The notes under the pieces are model-generated. The model searched no databases and had not been told where the DNA came from. It worked only from the letters and a program-made list of their open reading frames with translations. Positions 49,287 through 62,655 of a stretch of 64,000 nucleotides of DNA are shown here, piece by piece. Position 1 is the first letter of the stretch; each line of letters starts with the position of its first letter. The DNA lies in assembly GCA_027623195.1 (NCBI GenBank), contig JAQBUT010000009.1, positions 26,528 to 90,527 of the forward strand, given 5' to 3'. A program made the position numbers and the translations under genes. This DNA is from Chloroflexota bacterium. Its GTDB lineage: Bacteria > Chloroflexota > Dehalococcoidia > Lucifugimonadales > JADFKI01.

Positions 49287-50348
49287 ATGAGTAAAACAAT
49301 AACATCAGAATTCAGGCCCATCTTCTGGACAGGCGCAGGCGTTAGTCTTATCGATCAGACGCGCCTTCCGCAGGAGGAGATTTGGCTGGACTACTCGGAC
49401 TACCGTGACGTAATTCGCGCCATCAAGGACATGGAGATACGGGGCGCACCCGCCATCGGAGTGGCCGGCGCATATGCCGTGGCAATGGCGGCCTCAGAGT
49501 TTGCTAATGAGGCGGACTTCAAGGGCTCACTGGAAGCCGCATCTCAAGAAATACGAAACGCCCGGCCCACGGGAGCAAACCTGGCCTGGGCCGTTGACCG
49601 CATGATGGCCTCTATACAGCCCTCCGCTGTACCAGGCGAGACCGCGAACGCACTCTCATCGGAGGCCTGCAGAATACAGGACGAGGACGAGGCGGCCAAC
49701 AGGCGCATGGGTCGCTTTGGCGCTGACCTGCTACCACAGGGTGGCGCAGTAATGACGCACTGCAACGCCGGGGCACTGGCAACAGGCGGATTTGGCACGG
49801 CCATCGGCGTCATACGCACCGCCTGGGACGACGCCAAGGTCTCTCACGTCTATACCAACGAAACCAGGCCGTTCCTTCAGGGTGCCCGTCTGACGGCATG
49901 GGAACTGGTCAAAGCCGGCATCGACGCAACGCTGTTGCCGGACTCTGCCGCCGGGCAGCTTATGCGGCGCGGCAAGGTGCAGGCTATCGTCGTCGGGGCC
50001 GACAGAATCGCAGCCAACGGCGACGTGGCCAACAAGATTGGAACCTACAGTTTAGCTGTGCTGGCCAAGGAAAACGAAGTGCCCTTCTACGTGGCCGCTC
50101 CTACCAGTACCGTGGACATGCAGCTAGCCACCGGAGATGCGATTCCTATCGAGGAGCGACCGGCGGAAGAGGTGACTCACATCGCAGGTCGCCAGATAAC
50201 TCCCGACGGCATTGGCATTTTGAACACAGCATTCGACGTTACGCCTAACCGATACGTTACGGCGATAATCACGGAAAACGGCGTGGCGCGGCATCCATAC
50301 GAAGATGGACTCAAGCAGATTATGAAGCGGAACGTTGACCAAAGCTAA
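49287..50348 (+). CDS. mtnA: Methylthioribose-1-phosphate isomerase
   Basis: DQTRLP, RGAPAIG, RPTG.NL, THCNAG.LAT, ETRP.LQGARLT, NKIGTY. Confidence 0.96.
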   Translation: MSKTITSEFRPIFWTGAGVSLIDQTRLPQEEIWLDYSDYRDVIRAIKDMEIRGAPAIGVAGAYAVAMAASEFANEADFKGSLEAASQEIRNARPTGANLAWAVDRMMASIQPSAVPGETANALSSEACRIQDEDEAANRRMGRFGADLLPQGGAVMTHCNAGALATGGFGTAIGVIRTAWDDAKVSHVYTNETRPFLQGARLTAWELVKAGIDATLLPDSAAGQLMRRGKVQAIVVGADRIAANGDVANKIGTYSLAVLAKENEVPFYVAAPTSTVDMQLATGDAIPIEERPAEEVTHIAGRQITPDGIGILNTAFDVTPNRYVTAIITENGVARHPYEDGLKQIMKRNVDQS

Positions 50349-51195
50349 GATCGCCTTCATAGGCGGCTCCGGGCTTTACCATATGGATGGATTGGAAGAG
50401 CGCCGTGAGGTGGACATTAGCACACCTTTCGGGTCTCCTAGTGACAGCATCGTGACCGGCTCAATGAGTGGCGTTGGCGTGGCCTTTCTTCCCCGTCATG
50501 GCAAGGGACACAGGCTATCTCCAACGGAATTGCCGTCCCACGCCAACATATACGCATTAAAGACCCTCGGGGTGGAGCAGATCATTTCGATTAGCGCCGT
50601 GGGTAGCTTGAAGGAGAGCGTGAGACCGCTGGACCTGTTAATTCCGGACCAGTTGATCGACCGCACGCGGAGTAGAAACAATACGTTTTTTGATAATGGC
50701 ATCGTGGCTCACATCGGTTTCGCAGACCCCTTCTGCCCAGTGCTAAGTGAGGTTCTGGCTCAGTCGGCGCGAGACCAAAATACCTCGGTGCATGCGGGAG
50801 GCACATACGTCGTGATGGAGGGACCCCAGTTCTCCACCAGGGCCGAGTCTGAGCTTTACCGGTCGTGGGGCGCCAGCGTAATAGGCATGACTGCCCTGCC
50901 GGAGGCCAAGCTGGCCCGTGAGGCGGAGATCTGTTACGCGACTATAGCTCTGGTGACCGACTACGATGTGTGGCACCAGTCCGAGGAGGAGGTCAGCGTC
51001 GAGCTTGTGATAGCAAACCTTCTTCAGAACGTTGACACATCCCGCCAAATAATTGCCGACATCGTGACGAAGTTGCCGCAAAAAAGAGTGTGCGCTTGCG
51101 AGTCGGCCTTGCGGGACGCCATTATAACCGACCGAAACCACATATCAGCGGAAGCCAAAGAGAGGCTGGCCCCGCTGGTAAGCAGGTATTTATAA
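50335..51195 (+). CDS. mtnP: S-methyl-5'-thioadenosine phosphorylase
   Basis: IGGSG, RHG.GH, EGPQFSTRAES, GMT..PEA.LARE, TDYD.W. Confidence 0.95.
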   Translation: MTKAKIAFIGGSGLYHMDGLEERREVDISTPFGSPSDSIVTGSMSGVGVAFLPRHGKGHRLSPTELPSHANIYALKTLGVEQIISISAVGSLKESVRPLDLLIPDQLIDRTRSRNNTFFDNGIVAHIGFADPFCPVLSEVLAQSARDQNTSVHAGGTYVVMEGPQFSTRAESELYRSWGASVIGMTALPEAKLAREAEICYATIALVTDYDVWHQSEEEVSVELVIANLLQNVDTSRQIIADIVTKLPQKRVCACESALRDAIITDRNHISAEAKERLAPLVSRYL

Positions 51196-51241
51196 CCAGC
51201 ATCCTGTAGGACCTACACAAAAAATCTGCGAGGGAGAGAAC

Positions 51242-51595
51242 ATGCCTAGGAAAGATGCGGGAGAGCCATACTACCGGGTAAGCGTCGAAGAAGCCGCCGA
51301 CATGTACAAAAACGACGATACGGTCGTGATTGATGTCCGGCGCAAGGACGAGTATGAAGACGGCCACGTAAAAGACGCCCTGTTCATAAATTTGGACGCC
51401 CTTCTCGGGGGTATCGACGAGCTACCAAAAGACAAGAAGCTGTTGTTCATTTGCGCTCAGGGCGTGCGCAGCGGCGTGGCAGCGGAAATGGCCGCTGCAA
51501 TGGGATTCGATACTGAGAATCTCTACAACATCGAAGAAGGCACTGGTGCCTGGATAGAAAAGGGCCAACCGACAAGCTACGGTTCCGATAAATAA
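51242..51595 (+). CDS. Rhodanese-like domain protein
   Basis: IDVR..EY..GH, active-site loop CAQGVRS, EGTGAW. Confidence 0.88.
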   Translation: MPRKDAGEPYYRVSVEEAADMYKNDDTVVIDVRRKDEYEDGHVKDALFINLDALLGGIDELPKDKKLLFICAQGVRSGVAAEMAAAMGFDTENLYNIEEGTGAWIEKGQPTSYGSDK

Positions 51596-51633
51596 TACTT
51601 GGATACATTAATTAACTGGAGGCAGGCATAACA

Positions 51634-51729
51634 ATGAATAAAGCCAAACGTACTGCTTGGAATAAGCACCGCAAAACACTAAAGAAGATGAAGGACCGCC
51701 GCAAGGCCGAGAAAGAGGCCAACAGGTAG
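51634..51729 (+). CDS. 31-aa basic microprotein (not in ORF track)
   Basis: MNKAKRTAWNKHRKTLKKMKDRRKAEKEANR; GGAGG RBS upstream; same strand as the cluster. Confidence 0.65.
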   Translation: MNKAKRTAWNKHRKTLKKMKDRRKAEKEANR

Positions 51730-51880
51730 CGCTGGTTTACAAGGCCTGAGGGGACTTGGCGTGAGCGTCGCGTCAAAAATCCCGGTTTGTACTTAAGCAA
51801 ATATAGGGCTCAACTTCCTAGATTTTTCTAGGATAGGGCGGGTTTGTATGACCTCGAAACGCAAGGAAGGTATCTAATAT

Positions 51881-54158
<2,278 letters not shown>

Positions 54159-54174
54159 AATAAGATCAAGGGCG

Positions 54175-54606
54175 GTGGCCGTGGTGGCGCTAAAGAGCTA
54201 TCCCAACTGCTTCGGATGTGGGAGCGACAATCCAATCGGTCTGAAGCTAAATTATAGGGTCGAGGACGAAAATATCGTCACGGATTTCGTTCCTCAGGAG
54301 CACCACCAAGGGTGGCCGGGCATAACCCACGGCGGCATCATCACCTCGCTGCTATACGAGGTGATGGAGAATTACCCATATCAGAAGGGTATAGTGGCCA
54401 TGATGAGGGGCATGGAGACGCGGTTCCGAAAGCCCATTAACATTGGCCAGACGATCATCGCTAAATCCTGGCTCGTCGAGGAGTCGGGAAGAATGATGAA
54501 GGTAGCAGGAAGCCTAACGAATCAGGATGGTGTGCTTCTTGCCCAGGGCGAGGCGGACCTTTTGGTATTGAACGAAGAACAGATCGAAAGGCTAGGGATA
54601 TCCTGA
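54175..54606 (+). CDS. PaaI/hotdog-fold thioesterase
   Basis: CFGCG..NPIGL, QGWPGITHGG. Confidence 0.85.
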   Translation: MAVVALKSYPNCFGCGSDNPIGLKLNYRVEDENIVTDFVPQEHHQGWPGITHGGIITSLLYEVMENYPYQKGIVAMMRGMETRFRKPINIGQTIIAKSWLVEESGRMMKVAGSLTNQDGVLLAQGEADLLVLNEEQIERLGIS

Positions 54607-54690
54607 ATCCTTAGCGCTTGTAAGCAATCGGAAGCGGGGAGATTCTAGACCGCTCCGAATATCCGACCATTATCCAGAGGAGGAATAAAA

Positions 54691-55908
54691 TTGAGTAATA
54701 CTTTTATGGAATCACCGTCGTACCTGTACACGTCGGAGTCCGTGACAGAAGGTCACCCCGACAAGTTGTGCGACCAGATATCCGACGCGGTGCTGGATGC
54801 TATCCTTAAGGAAGACCCGATGGCGAGGGTTGCCTGCGAGGCCTGCACAACCACGGGCCTGGTGGTAGTCATGGGTGAGATCACCACTACCTCGTACATA
54901 GACATACAGGCGATCGTCAGGTCCACTATTAGGGAGGCTGGCTACATTGATTCGTCCTTTGGATTCGATTACGCCTCCTGTGGAATCGCCGTATCCGTGC
55001 ACGAGCAGTCCCCAGACATATCACACGGCGTCACGCGATCTCTCGAGGTACGCACCAAAAATTCCAGCGATTACGAAATCGAGTCTACCGGCGCAGGGGA
55101 CCAGGGCATGATGGTGGGCTTCGCTTGTAACGAGACCCCGGAGCTGATGCCACTGCCCATCGCCCTAGCTCACCAAATATGCCAAAAAATGGCGAATCTT
55201 CGCAAGGACGGGACATTCCCTTGGATGCGCCCAGACGGCAAGTCCCAGGTGACGGTGGAATATGAGTATGGTAAACCCAAGCGGGTACACACAGTAATCA
55301 TGAGCACTCAGCACAGCCCGGAAGTAAGCCAGGACGTCATTCATCGCGATCTGGTTGAAGCTGTTGCCAAAGAGGTAATACCCGCGCATTTGCGGGACAA
55401 GGACACCAGGTACGTCACTAATCCATCCGGTCGCTTTGTAACAGGCGGCCCCGTTGGCGACACCGGCCTCACTGGCCGCAAGCTCCTGGTAGATACATAC
55501 GGCGGCATAGCACGACACGGTGGAGGAGCCTTCTCAGGCAAAGACCCGACGAAGGTGGACCGCTCGGCAGCCTACGCAGCGCGATACGTTGCCAAGAATA
55601 TCGTAGCCGCAGGCCTCGCCGAACGGTGCGAGTTGATAGTCTCCTACGCCATCGGCATTTCCAGGCCGATCTCCATTTCCATAGAGACTTTTGGCACAGG
55701 TAAGGTATCGGACCGAATCATCGAAAAGCTTGTGGATGAGCACTTCGACCTCAGGCCAGGCGCAATTATCCGAGACCTGAATCTGCGGAGCCCCATTTAC
55801 AAGCAGACGGCGGCCTACGGCCACTTCGGACGAAAGGACATTAACCTTCCTTGGGAGCAGACCGACAAGGCCGAAGTCCTCAAGAAACAGGCGTTCCCAG
55901 GCTCTTAG
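54691..55908 (+). CDS. metK: S-adenosylmethionine synthetase
   Basis: [37 protein letters not shown]. Confidence 0.98.
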   Translation: MSNTFMESPSYLYTSESVTEGHPDKLCDQISDAVLDAILKEDPMARVACEACTTTGLVVVMGEITTTSYIDIQAIVRSTIREAGYIDSSFGFDYASCGIAVSVHEQSPDISHGVTRSLEVRTKNSSDYEIESTGAGDQGMMVGFACNETPELMPLPIALAHQICQKMANLRKDGTFPWMRPDGKSQVTVEYEYGKPKRVHTVIMSTQHSPEVSQDVIHRDLVEAVAKEVIPAHLRDKDTRYVTNPSGRFVTGGPVGDTGLTGRKLLVDTYGGIARHGGGAFSGKDPTKVDRSAAYAARYVAKNIVAAGLAERCELIVSYAIGISRPISISIETFGTGKVSDRIIEKLVDEHFDLRPGAIIRDLNLRSPIYKQTAAYGHFGRKDINLPWEQTDKAEVLKKQAFPGS

Positions 55909-55948
55909 GCACATAAAGGCTAACGACTACCGGAGTTAGGAGCGGATC

Positions 55949-57370
55949 ATGCCCATCAAGTTCGGCACGGATGGATGGCGCGCAGTCATCGCGGAGGATT
56001 ACACCTTCGAAAATGTGCGCTTTTGCGCTCAGGGAACAGCAGCGTTCCTGAAAGCTCATCAGCTGGACTCGCGGGGCATTTACATTGGGTACGACACGCG
56101 GTTTGGTTCGGAGGACTTCGCGGCGGCGGTGGCCGAGGTCACGGCGGCTAACGGTATCCCGACGTACCTGTGCGACAGGGCCGCTCCCACTCCGGTGGCG
56201 GCATACAACTTGGTGGCCGGAGACGGCGGCGGCGGAGTAGTTATCACCGCCAGTCACAACCCGGCCCAGTGGAACGGCTTCAAGTACAAGCCAGACTACG
56301 GCGGGAGCGCATCACCTGAAATAGTTACGCTGCTGGAAGAGTACATAGAGGACGCTGAAAAGTCCGGGGATGTCAAGCGCATGACCCTGACCGAAGCCGT
56401 GTCCCAGGGTCTTCTGGAGTACATAGACCCTGAGCCGACATACCTGAGCCATATGGCCACCCTGGTGAACCTGGAGGCCATACGCAACGCCGGACTTGAT
56501 GTCGTTGTCGACGTAATGCATGGCGCTGGCGCAGGCTACTTCCCAAAGCTTCTGGAAGGCGGCTCTACTCGGGTTTTCGAAATGCGTTCCGAGCGCAATC
56601 CATCCTTCCCAGGCATGGCACAGCCGGAGCCCCTGGCACACAACCTGCAAAGCCTCATGGAAGATGTTCAGGACCGGACGGCTGATGTTGGCCTAGCTAC
56701 GGACGGCGACGCCGACAGGCTGGGCGTGGTGGACGACAGCGGCAGGTTCATCACCACGCTGGAAACCTTCGCGCTGCTCTGCTACCACCAGCTAGAGGTG
56801 CTCAAAAACAGCGGCCCACTGGTCCGCTCCATCACTATGACCAGCATGATTGATAAGCTGGGCGAGCTTTACGATGTCCCTGTATTCGACACTCCCGTGG
56901 GCTTCAAATACCTCGGCCCAGTGATGATGCGGGAGGACGCCCTCATAGCGGGCGAAGAGAGCGGCGGCTACGCATTCCGAGGCAACATCCCGGAGCGGGA
57001 CGGCATTCTGAGCGGCCTCATGTTGCTGGATCTCATGGTAAAGACCGAGAAGGGCGTTAGCGATCTGCTGGAAGAGTTAACGGCCAAGGTAGGGCCACAC
57101 TTCTACGACAGGCTGGACCTGAAGTTCGAGGAGAGCCAGCGCCAGACGATCTTGGGGCGGATACAGAAGGCTGCGCCAGCCTCATTCGCGGGTCGCAAGG
57201 TGCAGAGCATCGATACGCGGGACGGCTACCGTTTCGTGCTGGATGGCGGCTACTGGGCGCTAATCAGGTTCTCAGGCACAGAGCCACTGCTGCGAGTGTA
57301 CGCGGAGGCAGAATCCCCTGCGGACGTTCAGGCCATACTGGATGAGGCGCGCAACATGGCAGGCGTCTAG
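55949..57370 (+). CDS. Phosphoglucomutase/phosphomannomutase family protein
   Basis: FGTDGWR, TASHNP, DGDADR, GEESGG, RFSGTEP. Confidence 0.93.
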   Translation: MPIKFGTDGWRAVIAEDYTFENVRFCAQGTAAFLKAHQLDSRGIYIGYDTRFGSEDFAAAVAEVTAANGIPTYLCDRAAPTPVAAYNLVAGDGGGGVVITASHNPAQWNGFKYKPDYGGSASPEIVTLLEEYIEDAEKSGDVKRMTLTEAVSQGLLEYIDPEPTYLSHMATLVNLEAIRNAGLDVVVDVMHGAGAGYFPKLLEGGSTRVFEMRSERNPSFPGMAQPEPLAHNLQSLMEDVQDRTADVGLATDGDADRLGVVDDSGRFITTLETFALLCYHQLEVLKNSGPLVRSITMTSMIDKLGELYDVPVFDTPVGFKYLGPVMMREDALIAGEESGGYAFRGNIPERDGILSGLMLLDLMVKTEKGVSDLLEELTAKVGPHFYDRLDLKFEESQRQTILGRIQKAAPASFAGRKVQSIDTRDGYRFVLDGGYWALIRFSGTEPLLRVYAEAESPADVQAILDEARNMAGV

Positions 57371-57382
57371 CCTCACCATAAG

Positions 57383-57757
57383 TTACGGAGTGATCATAGC
57401 GTCCGTAGAAGATGCCAAGGCGTCGGCTTGATCTATTAGCAGCGAGAACTCTCCGTCAAGCCTTGTCTTGAAGCTGGAAAAATCCCCAGTGAGTCTGTTG
57501 CCGTGGTCCACCAACTCAACCCTTCGTGCCTCTGCTCGCGCAAAGTCCGGGTCCGTTTGATAGGTGATCATCTCGTCGATTATTGCGTTGAAGTTACCCG
57601 TGAACAGACGTCCAACCTCATCCACCGCCTCCACGCTGTAAGCCTCATCGTTAGGATCGAACAGGGTAGTAGGCGCGCCAATAGGGAAATCGGCCAACAC
57701 TGCTATCAGAAATGCCAGCACTATTCCTGCCATGCTCAACGGTATTATTGATCCCAT
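57383..57757 (-). CDS. Hypothetical membrane-anchored protein
   Basis: N-terminal hydrophobic helix then an acidic helical region; fills an otherwise empty gap; start uncertain. Confidence 0.45.
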   Translation of the reverse strand: MGSIIPLSMAGIVLAFLIAVLADFPIGAPTTLFDPNDEAYSVEAVDEVGRLFTGNFNAIIDEMITYQTDPDFARAEARRVELVDHGNRLTGDFSSFKTRLDGEFSLLIDQADALASSTDAMITP

Positions 57758-57962
57758 AGGTGCTCACCCGTATCACGCTTGTACCCACACCAATTAAAAG
57801 TAGGTTGATACCACCATAGGTAGTGGAGGTGAACACCCAAGGGCTAGCACCGTTAATTAGTCACGAAAATAAGTGACAGTATCGTTAGGAAACACGAGAT
57901 TAGTCCGAAACAATAGCTGTCGCATATAATGATCTCATCTGCCATTTTGTAGGGAGAGGCCC

Positions 57963-59963
57963 ATGCCCAAGCCCATCACGCCTGATATTGTTTATGAACT
58001 TAGCGCCGTAGGAGACCCGTCCCTGTCGCAAGATGGCCGAACGCTCGTCTACGCCCGCTCAAACGTGGATGACGTGTCGTTGGAATCCCAGTCTCGAATT
58101 TTCCGCATGGATGTACTCGATGGGGCCGAGATCCAATTTACGTCTGGCACAAAAGATACATTCCCACGGATATCGCCTGATGGACTGACCATCGCCTTTC
58201 TTCGGCAGGACAAGGCCAAGAAACGCCAGCTTTGGTCGATCAAAACGAACGGCGGCGAGGCACGTCAGGTTTCGTCGCTGGCAGGTGGCGTGCTGGAATA
58301 TGCCTGGGCCCCGGACTCAGCCTCATTAGTGGTAGTCTCCGACGTGGACCCAAATACTGAACCCAACGAAAGTTCAGAAACCAAAACGGCAGCAGACATA
58401 CCTCAGGTGAAAGTGGTGCGTCGCATCCGTTACAGGGTGGACACGCTGGGCTGGAGAGGCGACGCCTTCCATCACCTGTTCATCGTGGACGCCATGACGG
58501 GCGAGTCCAGACAGATAACGGATGGCGAGGGAGACTACAGGTCGCCAGCCTGGTCGCCAGATGGCACAAAGCTGGCGTACGTATCAGACGCCCGCGACGA
58601 CAGGGACATCTGCAACGACAATGCAGCGTACGTGATGGAGGTGGCTTCGGGTGAGGTTAGCAACGCCTCTGAAGGCCTGCACCACGTTGCGTCTGTGGCG
58701 TGGTCGCCCGATAGCCAACAATTGATTGCAGTCGGCTCATCCGATCCTGAGATCGGCTCCGCCTGGCAAGGTCTTATCTATTTGTTGAGTTCGGGCTCGG
58801 GCGCTGCTCCCAGACCAATAACGGATGACAGCATTCGTCCGGTAGCCGGATATATGCCCGTAACCCTTCCACCGGAGATGCGCTGGACGCAGGATGATCG
58901 GGTACTTTTCCTGGGCGATGCTCGTGGAGAGACTTTTCTGTGCGAAGCAAGTCCCTACGGCACGGAGGTCCGCAAGATCGCTGGCGGCAACTCATCCATT
59001 GCGGGCGTTACGTTCGACGCGGGAGGCAGCACCGTAGTTGTTCCCCTCACGCCACCCCATTGCTCTGGAGATCTGCATGTGATCAACGTAGAAGATGGGA
59101 CATCTCGACAACTCACCCATGAAAATCAAGGCTATTTTGACGACCATGCCGCAGGCAAGCTGGCGAAATTCAGCCTCATCAGAGGGGGAATGGAGATTGA
59201 AAGCAGATTGCTCTTCCCTCCGGATTTCGACTCCTCTTCAACCTATCCTATGGTGCTGGACATCCACGGAGGACCCAGCGGCGTGTTCATGGACGCCTTC
59301 AACCCGATACAACAAGTGCTGGCCACGAACGGTTACGTGGTGCTGGCGGTTAACCCCAGAGGCTCATCTACTTACGGCACCGCCTTCATGAAGGCGGTAC
59401 ATGGCGACTGGGGAGGCGGGGATTTCCAGGATATCATGGCGGCTGTGGATGAGATGTGCCGCCGTGACTACATCGACGTAAACAGGCTGGGAATCACTGG
59501 TTACAGCTATGGTGGCTACATGAGTGGGTGGATTATAGGCCACGACACTCGCTTCGGCGCAGCGGTGCTTGGGGCACCCGTGTCCAACCTGGCCAGCTTC
59601 TACGGAACGTCTGACATCGGAGTGCGCTTCGGAGAGGTGCAGATGGGCGGGCCACGTCATACAAACACCCAAATATACGCGGAGCACTCGCCACTTAGCT
59701 ACGTCGACCAGGTAGAGACGCCGGTGCTGCTTTTGCATGGCGAGGCCGACAACCGATGCCCTATCGAACAGAGTGAGCAGTATTTCGTAGCTCTAAAACG
59801 CCTGGGTAAAGAGGCCGAGTTCGTGCGATTTCCTGACTGCTCCCACAGCCTTTTGCGCTCAGCACACCCGCGTATGAAGGAGGAGTACCTGGCGAGAATG
59901 CTGGACTGGTTCCAGACTCGCATCGGTCCTTCTGCGTCTTCCGACCGACCAGTCGGCAATTAA
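57963..59963 (+). CDS. S9-family peptidase (dipeptidyl/acylaminoacyl peptidase)
   Basis: WSPDG propeller repeats, HGGP, GYSYGG, D.RC, H.L. Confidence 0.93.
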   Translation: MPKPITPDIVYELSAVGDPSLSQDGRTLVYARSNVDDVSLESQSRIFRMDVLDGAEIQFTSGTKDTFPRISPDGLTIAFLRQDKAKKRQLWSIKTNGGEARQVSSLAGGVLEYAWAPDSASLVVVSDVDPNTEPNESSETKTAADIPQVKVVRRIRYRVDTLGWRGDAFHHLFIVDAMTGESRQITDGEGDYRSPAWSPDGTKLAYVSDARDDRDICNDNAAYVMEVASGEVSNASEGLHHVASVAWSPDSQQLIAVGSSDPEIGSAWQGLIYLLSSGSGAAPRPITDDSIRPVAGYMPVTLPPEMRWTQDDRVLFLGDARGETFLCEASPYGTEVRKIAGGNSSIAGVTFDAGGSTVVVPLTPPHCSGDLHVINVEDGTSRQLTHENQGYFDDHAAGKLAKFSLIRGGMEIESRLLFPPDFDSSSTYPMVLDIHGGPSGVFMDAFNPIQQVLATNGYVVLAVNPRGSSTYGTAFMKAVHGDWGGGDFQDIMAAVDEMCRRDYIDVNRLGITGYSYGGYMSGWIIGHDTRFGAAVLGAPVSNLASFYGTSDIGVRFGEVQMGGPRHTNTQIYAEHSPLSYVDQVETPVLLLHGEADNRCPIEQSEQYFVALKRLGKEAEFVRFPDCSHSLLRSAHPRMKEEYLARMLDWFQTRIGPSASSDRPVGN

Positions 59964-60052
59964 ATACGTCAGCTTAACTGGACTGGCGACCTCAGGCCGG
60001 TTAACCTTAATAGGGCTACGTCCCCGGTGAACAATCGCCGAGAGGTGCATAG

Positions 60053-60114
60053 TTCGACTGGCTCATCACGAACTTGGGTCTGAAACTTCGTTCGCCTTGA
60101 GATTGCCGAAAGGG
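60053..60114. repeat. Degenerate REP-like inverted doublet
   Basis: TTCGACTGGCTCATCACGAAC and CGTTCGCCTTGAGATTGCCGAAAGGG, related to 41847-41963. Confidence 0.45.
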
Positions 60115-60182
60115 ACGTATGCAAATTGAATTTTTTGCACCCTTGGGAGAAAATAAATAACAGGATGAAAAACGTATAACTG

Positions 60183-62051
60183 ATGCCAGTTCTTACCGCC
60201 TCGCAACTGAGGCTCCTATATGGCGAGGTCGAGATCTTCGCAGGCATAGACCTTCAAGTCGATGAGGGTTCTCACGTGGGCATCGTAGGCCCAAACGGTG
60301 GCGGCAAAAGCTCCCTCCTCAAACTGCTGGTCGGTCAGTTGCCGCCAGACGCCGGACGAGTGACCTGGCAGAGCAGCATAAGTGTGGGTTACGTAGCCCA
60401 GACACCCGCCCGAGATACGGAGGGTACTCTGCGCGACGAGGTGATGTCGGCCTTCGACCATCTGCGGAGTGTCGAAGAGGACATGACCTCCAGCGCACGA
60501 GACTTACAGGAGGCCAGCGATGCCGAAAGAAAGCAGGCAGAACGCCGGTATGCTTCGCTGTTGGAGGAGTACGAGGCTTTGGGAGGCTATGACTACCAGC
60601 ATCGCTTCGACCAGGTGGTGGATGGCGTAGGCCTTCCGATGGAGACTCTGGAAACGCCAACCAGTGCCGCCAGCGGTGGTGAGCGTACCAGGGCTGCCTT
60701 GGCCAAAGCGCTTCTGTCCGACCCGGACTTTCTGATACTGGACGAACCCACCAACTACATGGACTTTAAGGGACTAGACTGGCTGGAGGATTTCCTAACC
60801 AAATTCCGTGGCTGCTCCATAGTCGTATCCCACGACCGCTATTTCCTAGACCGGGTCGCCAATCACATCTGGGAACTGGATCGAGGATCGCTTAAGGCTT
60901 ATCCTGGCAACTACAGTAAGTATCAGGAACTGAAGTCCGAACAGTTGACGCGACAGATCAAGGAGTTCGAGAGTCAACAGGAGTTTATCGCCAAAGAGGA
61001 ATACTTCATACAGCGATACAAGGCCGGGCAGCGCTCCCGAGAGGCCAAGGGCCGCGAAACCCGATTGGCACGCCTGGCACGAATCGAAAAGCCAGTGGTA
61101 CGCGAGACGCACCTACGGCTCACCTCTGTGAACAACTCACGCACGGGCCAGACGGTCCTGAGCACGGACAACCTGACCATCGGCTACCGTGACAAGGGCG
61201 GCGCGGTGCCGCTTCTTACCCTGCCCAATATGCAGCTTACCAGAGGCACTCGCACAGGCATTGTGGGCAGCAACGGCATCGGCAAAAGCACGCTCATTCA
61301 AACCATACTGGGTCAATTGGAACCACTGACAGGGCGCAGCAGTATGGGCCACAACGTTGAACCCGGCTACTTCAGCCAGGGCAGCACAGACTTGCCTCCG
61401 GAGTCCACACCCATCCAATGCCTAATAGATGCCAAAAACATTCCCATTCCCAGCGCCCGTTCCTACCTGGCACGGTTCCTATTCCGCGGCGACGACGTGT
61501 TCAAGCCGATCTCCGCACTGAGCGGCGGGGAGCGCAGCAGGTTGGCCCTGGCTAGGCTTTTGCTGACCGAGCCCAACTTCCTAGTACTGGACGAGCCTAC
61601 TACGCACTTGGACATCCCCAGCCGCGAGGCGTTGGAGCAGGCGCTGCAGGACTATAGCGGGACATTGCTCTTCGTCTCCCACGACCGCAGGCTAATTTCG
61701 CAACTGGCCGACCAACTCTGGATTGTGGCGGACGGCAGAGTGGAGGCCTTTCAAGGGGGCTTCGAGGAGTGGATGCGGTCTCAAGACGGTCGCAACGGCT
61801 CCAAGGCAAATTCCGTCACGCCGGAAAAAGCGAAGGGTCGCAAAAGCAGTTCAAAGAAATCAGGGCCTAAGGTACAGACGCCGAACTATGAGGCTGAAAT
61901 CTCCGAGCTAGAGGCTCGGCTCCAGGTCTTAGAAAAGCAGTTGGAGGCCGCATCAGCCAATCAGAACGTATATGACGTGGCGCGTTTGGGTGGGGAGTAC
62001 AACGAAGCTCAAGCCCAGTTAGAGAAGGCCTGGGCCAACTGGAACGGCTAA
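60183..62051 (+). CDS. ABC-F family ATPase
   Basis: Two ABC domains (GPNGGGKS, GSNGIGKS; DEPT twice), inter-domain linker, C-terminal coiled coil, no TM segments. Confidence 0.93.
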   Translation: MPVLTASQLRLLYGEVEIFAGIDLQVDEGSHVGIVGPNGGGKSSLLKLLVGQLPPDAGRVTWQSSISVGYVAQTPARDTEGTLRDEVMSAFDHLRSVEEDMTSSARDLQEASDAERKQAERRYASLLEEYEALGGYDYQHRFDQVVDGVGLPMETLETPTSAASGGERTRAALAKALLSDPDFLILDEPTNYMDFKGLDWLEDFLTKFRGCSIVVSHDRYFLDRVANHIWELDRGSLKAYPGNYSKYQELKSEQLTRQIKEFESQQEFIAKEEYFIQRYKAGQRSREAKGRETRLARLARIEKPVVRETHLRLTSVNNSRTGQTVLSTDNLTIGYRDKGGAVPLLTLPNMQLTRGTRTGIVGSNGIGKSTLIQTILGQLEPLTGRSSMGHNVEPGYFSQGSTDLPPESTPIQCLIDAKNIPIPSARSYLARFLFRGDDVFKPISALSGGERSRLALARLLLTEPNFLVLDEPTTHLDIPSREALEQALQDYSGTLLFVSHDRRLISQLADQLWIVADGRVEAFQGGFEEWMRSQDGRNGSKANSVTPEKAKGRKSSSKKSGPKVQTPNYEAEISELEARLQVLEKQLEAASANQNVYDVARLGGEYNEAQAQLEKAWANWNG

Positions 62052-62055
62052 TGCC

Positions 62056-62652
62056 TCAGGCTTTATACAGGCGTTTGGCCTCTTCGTAGGCCTCCGGCGT
62101 GTTGAGGTCTAGCCGTACCATCGGGTCGTCTATCTCCAGCTCCAAGACCTCTTTCCTATGGGCAGCGAAGACCTCTCGCAGACCCTGCATCTCCTCCGTG
62201 ATGTGCTCCAACTCTGGCTTCAAAGAGCCATCAAAAATGAGGGGATGCCCTCCGTGACCCTGATAGCGCGGCGACGTTATAAGCGCACCGTTGGCCACGT
62301 GAGCATTGAGGACTTGCGACACTATTGCAGAGGTTCGAGGCTGGTCCACGGCCAGCAGCAGAATTGCTTCGGCGTTGGGGTGAATGGACATTAGCCCTGA
62401 CTTAATGGACGTGGTCTTACCCTGCGCGTAGTCGGGGTTAAGCACCCATCGGGCCGGCGTTAAATCCACAGCAGGCGATACCTCATCAGCATTGTGGCCA
62501 AGCACAACCAGAACGTCGTCCACACCGGCGTCAATCAGGCTAAAAATCTGGTACTCGACTAGCGGGATACCATGCCACTCAAGAAGAGGCTTTGGAGTTC
62601 CCATACGCGTGGACATGCCGGCAGCTTGAAGTATTGCCGAGACAATCGCCAT
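62056..62652 (-). CDS. MocA/MobA-like nucleotidyltransferase (molybdenum cofactor cytidylyltransferase-like)
   Basis: AAG.STRMG.PK.LL, NPDY..G, DQP, GHP, DLNTPE. Confidence 0.85.
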   Translation of the reverse strand: MAIVSAILQAAGMSTRMGTPKPLLEWHGIPLVEYQIFSLIDAGVDDVLVVLGHNADEVSPAVDLTPARWVLNPDYAQGKTTSIKSGLMSIHPNAEAILLLAVDQPRTSAIVSQVLNAHVANGALITSPRYQGHGGHPLIFDGSLKPELEHITEEMQGLREVFAAHRKEVLELEIDDPMVRLDLNTPEAYEEAKRLYKA

Positions 62653-62655
62653 AGA

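Noticed and set aside
51612..51800. 62-aa minus-strand ORF
   Set aside because: Antisense to the RBS-supported 31-aa gene.
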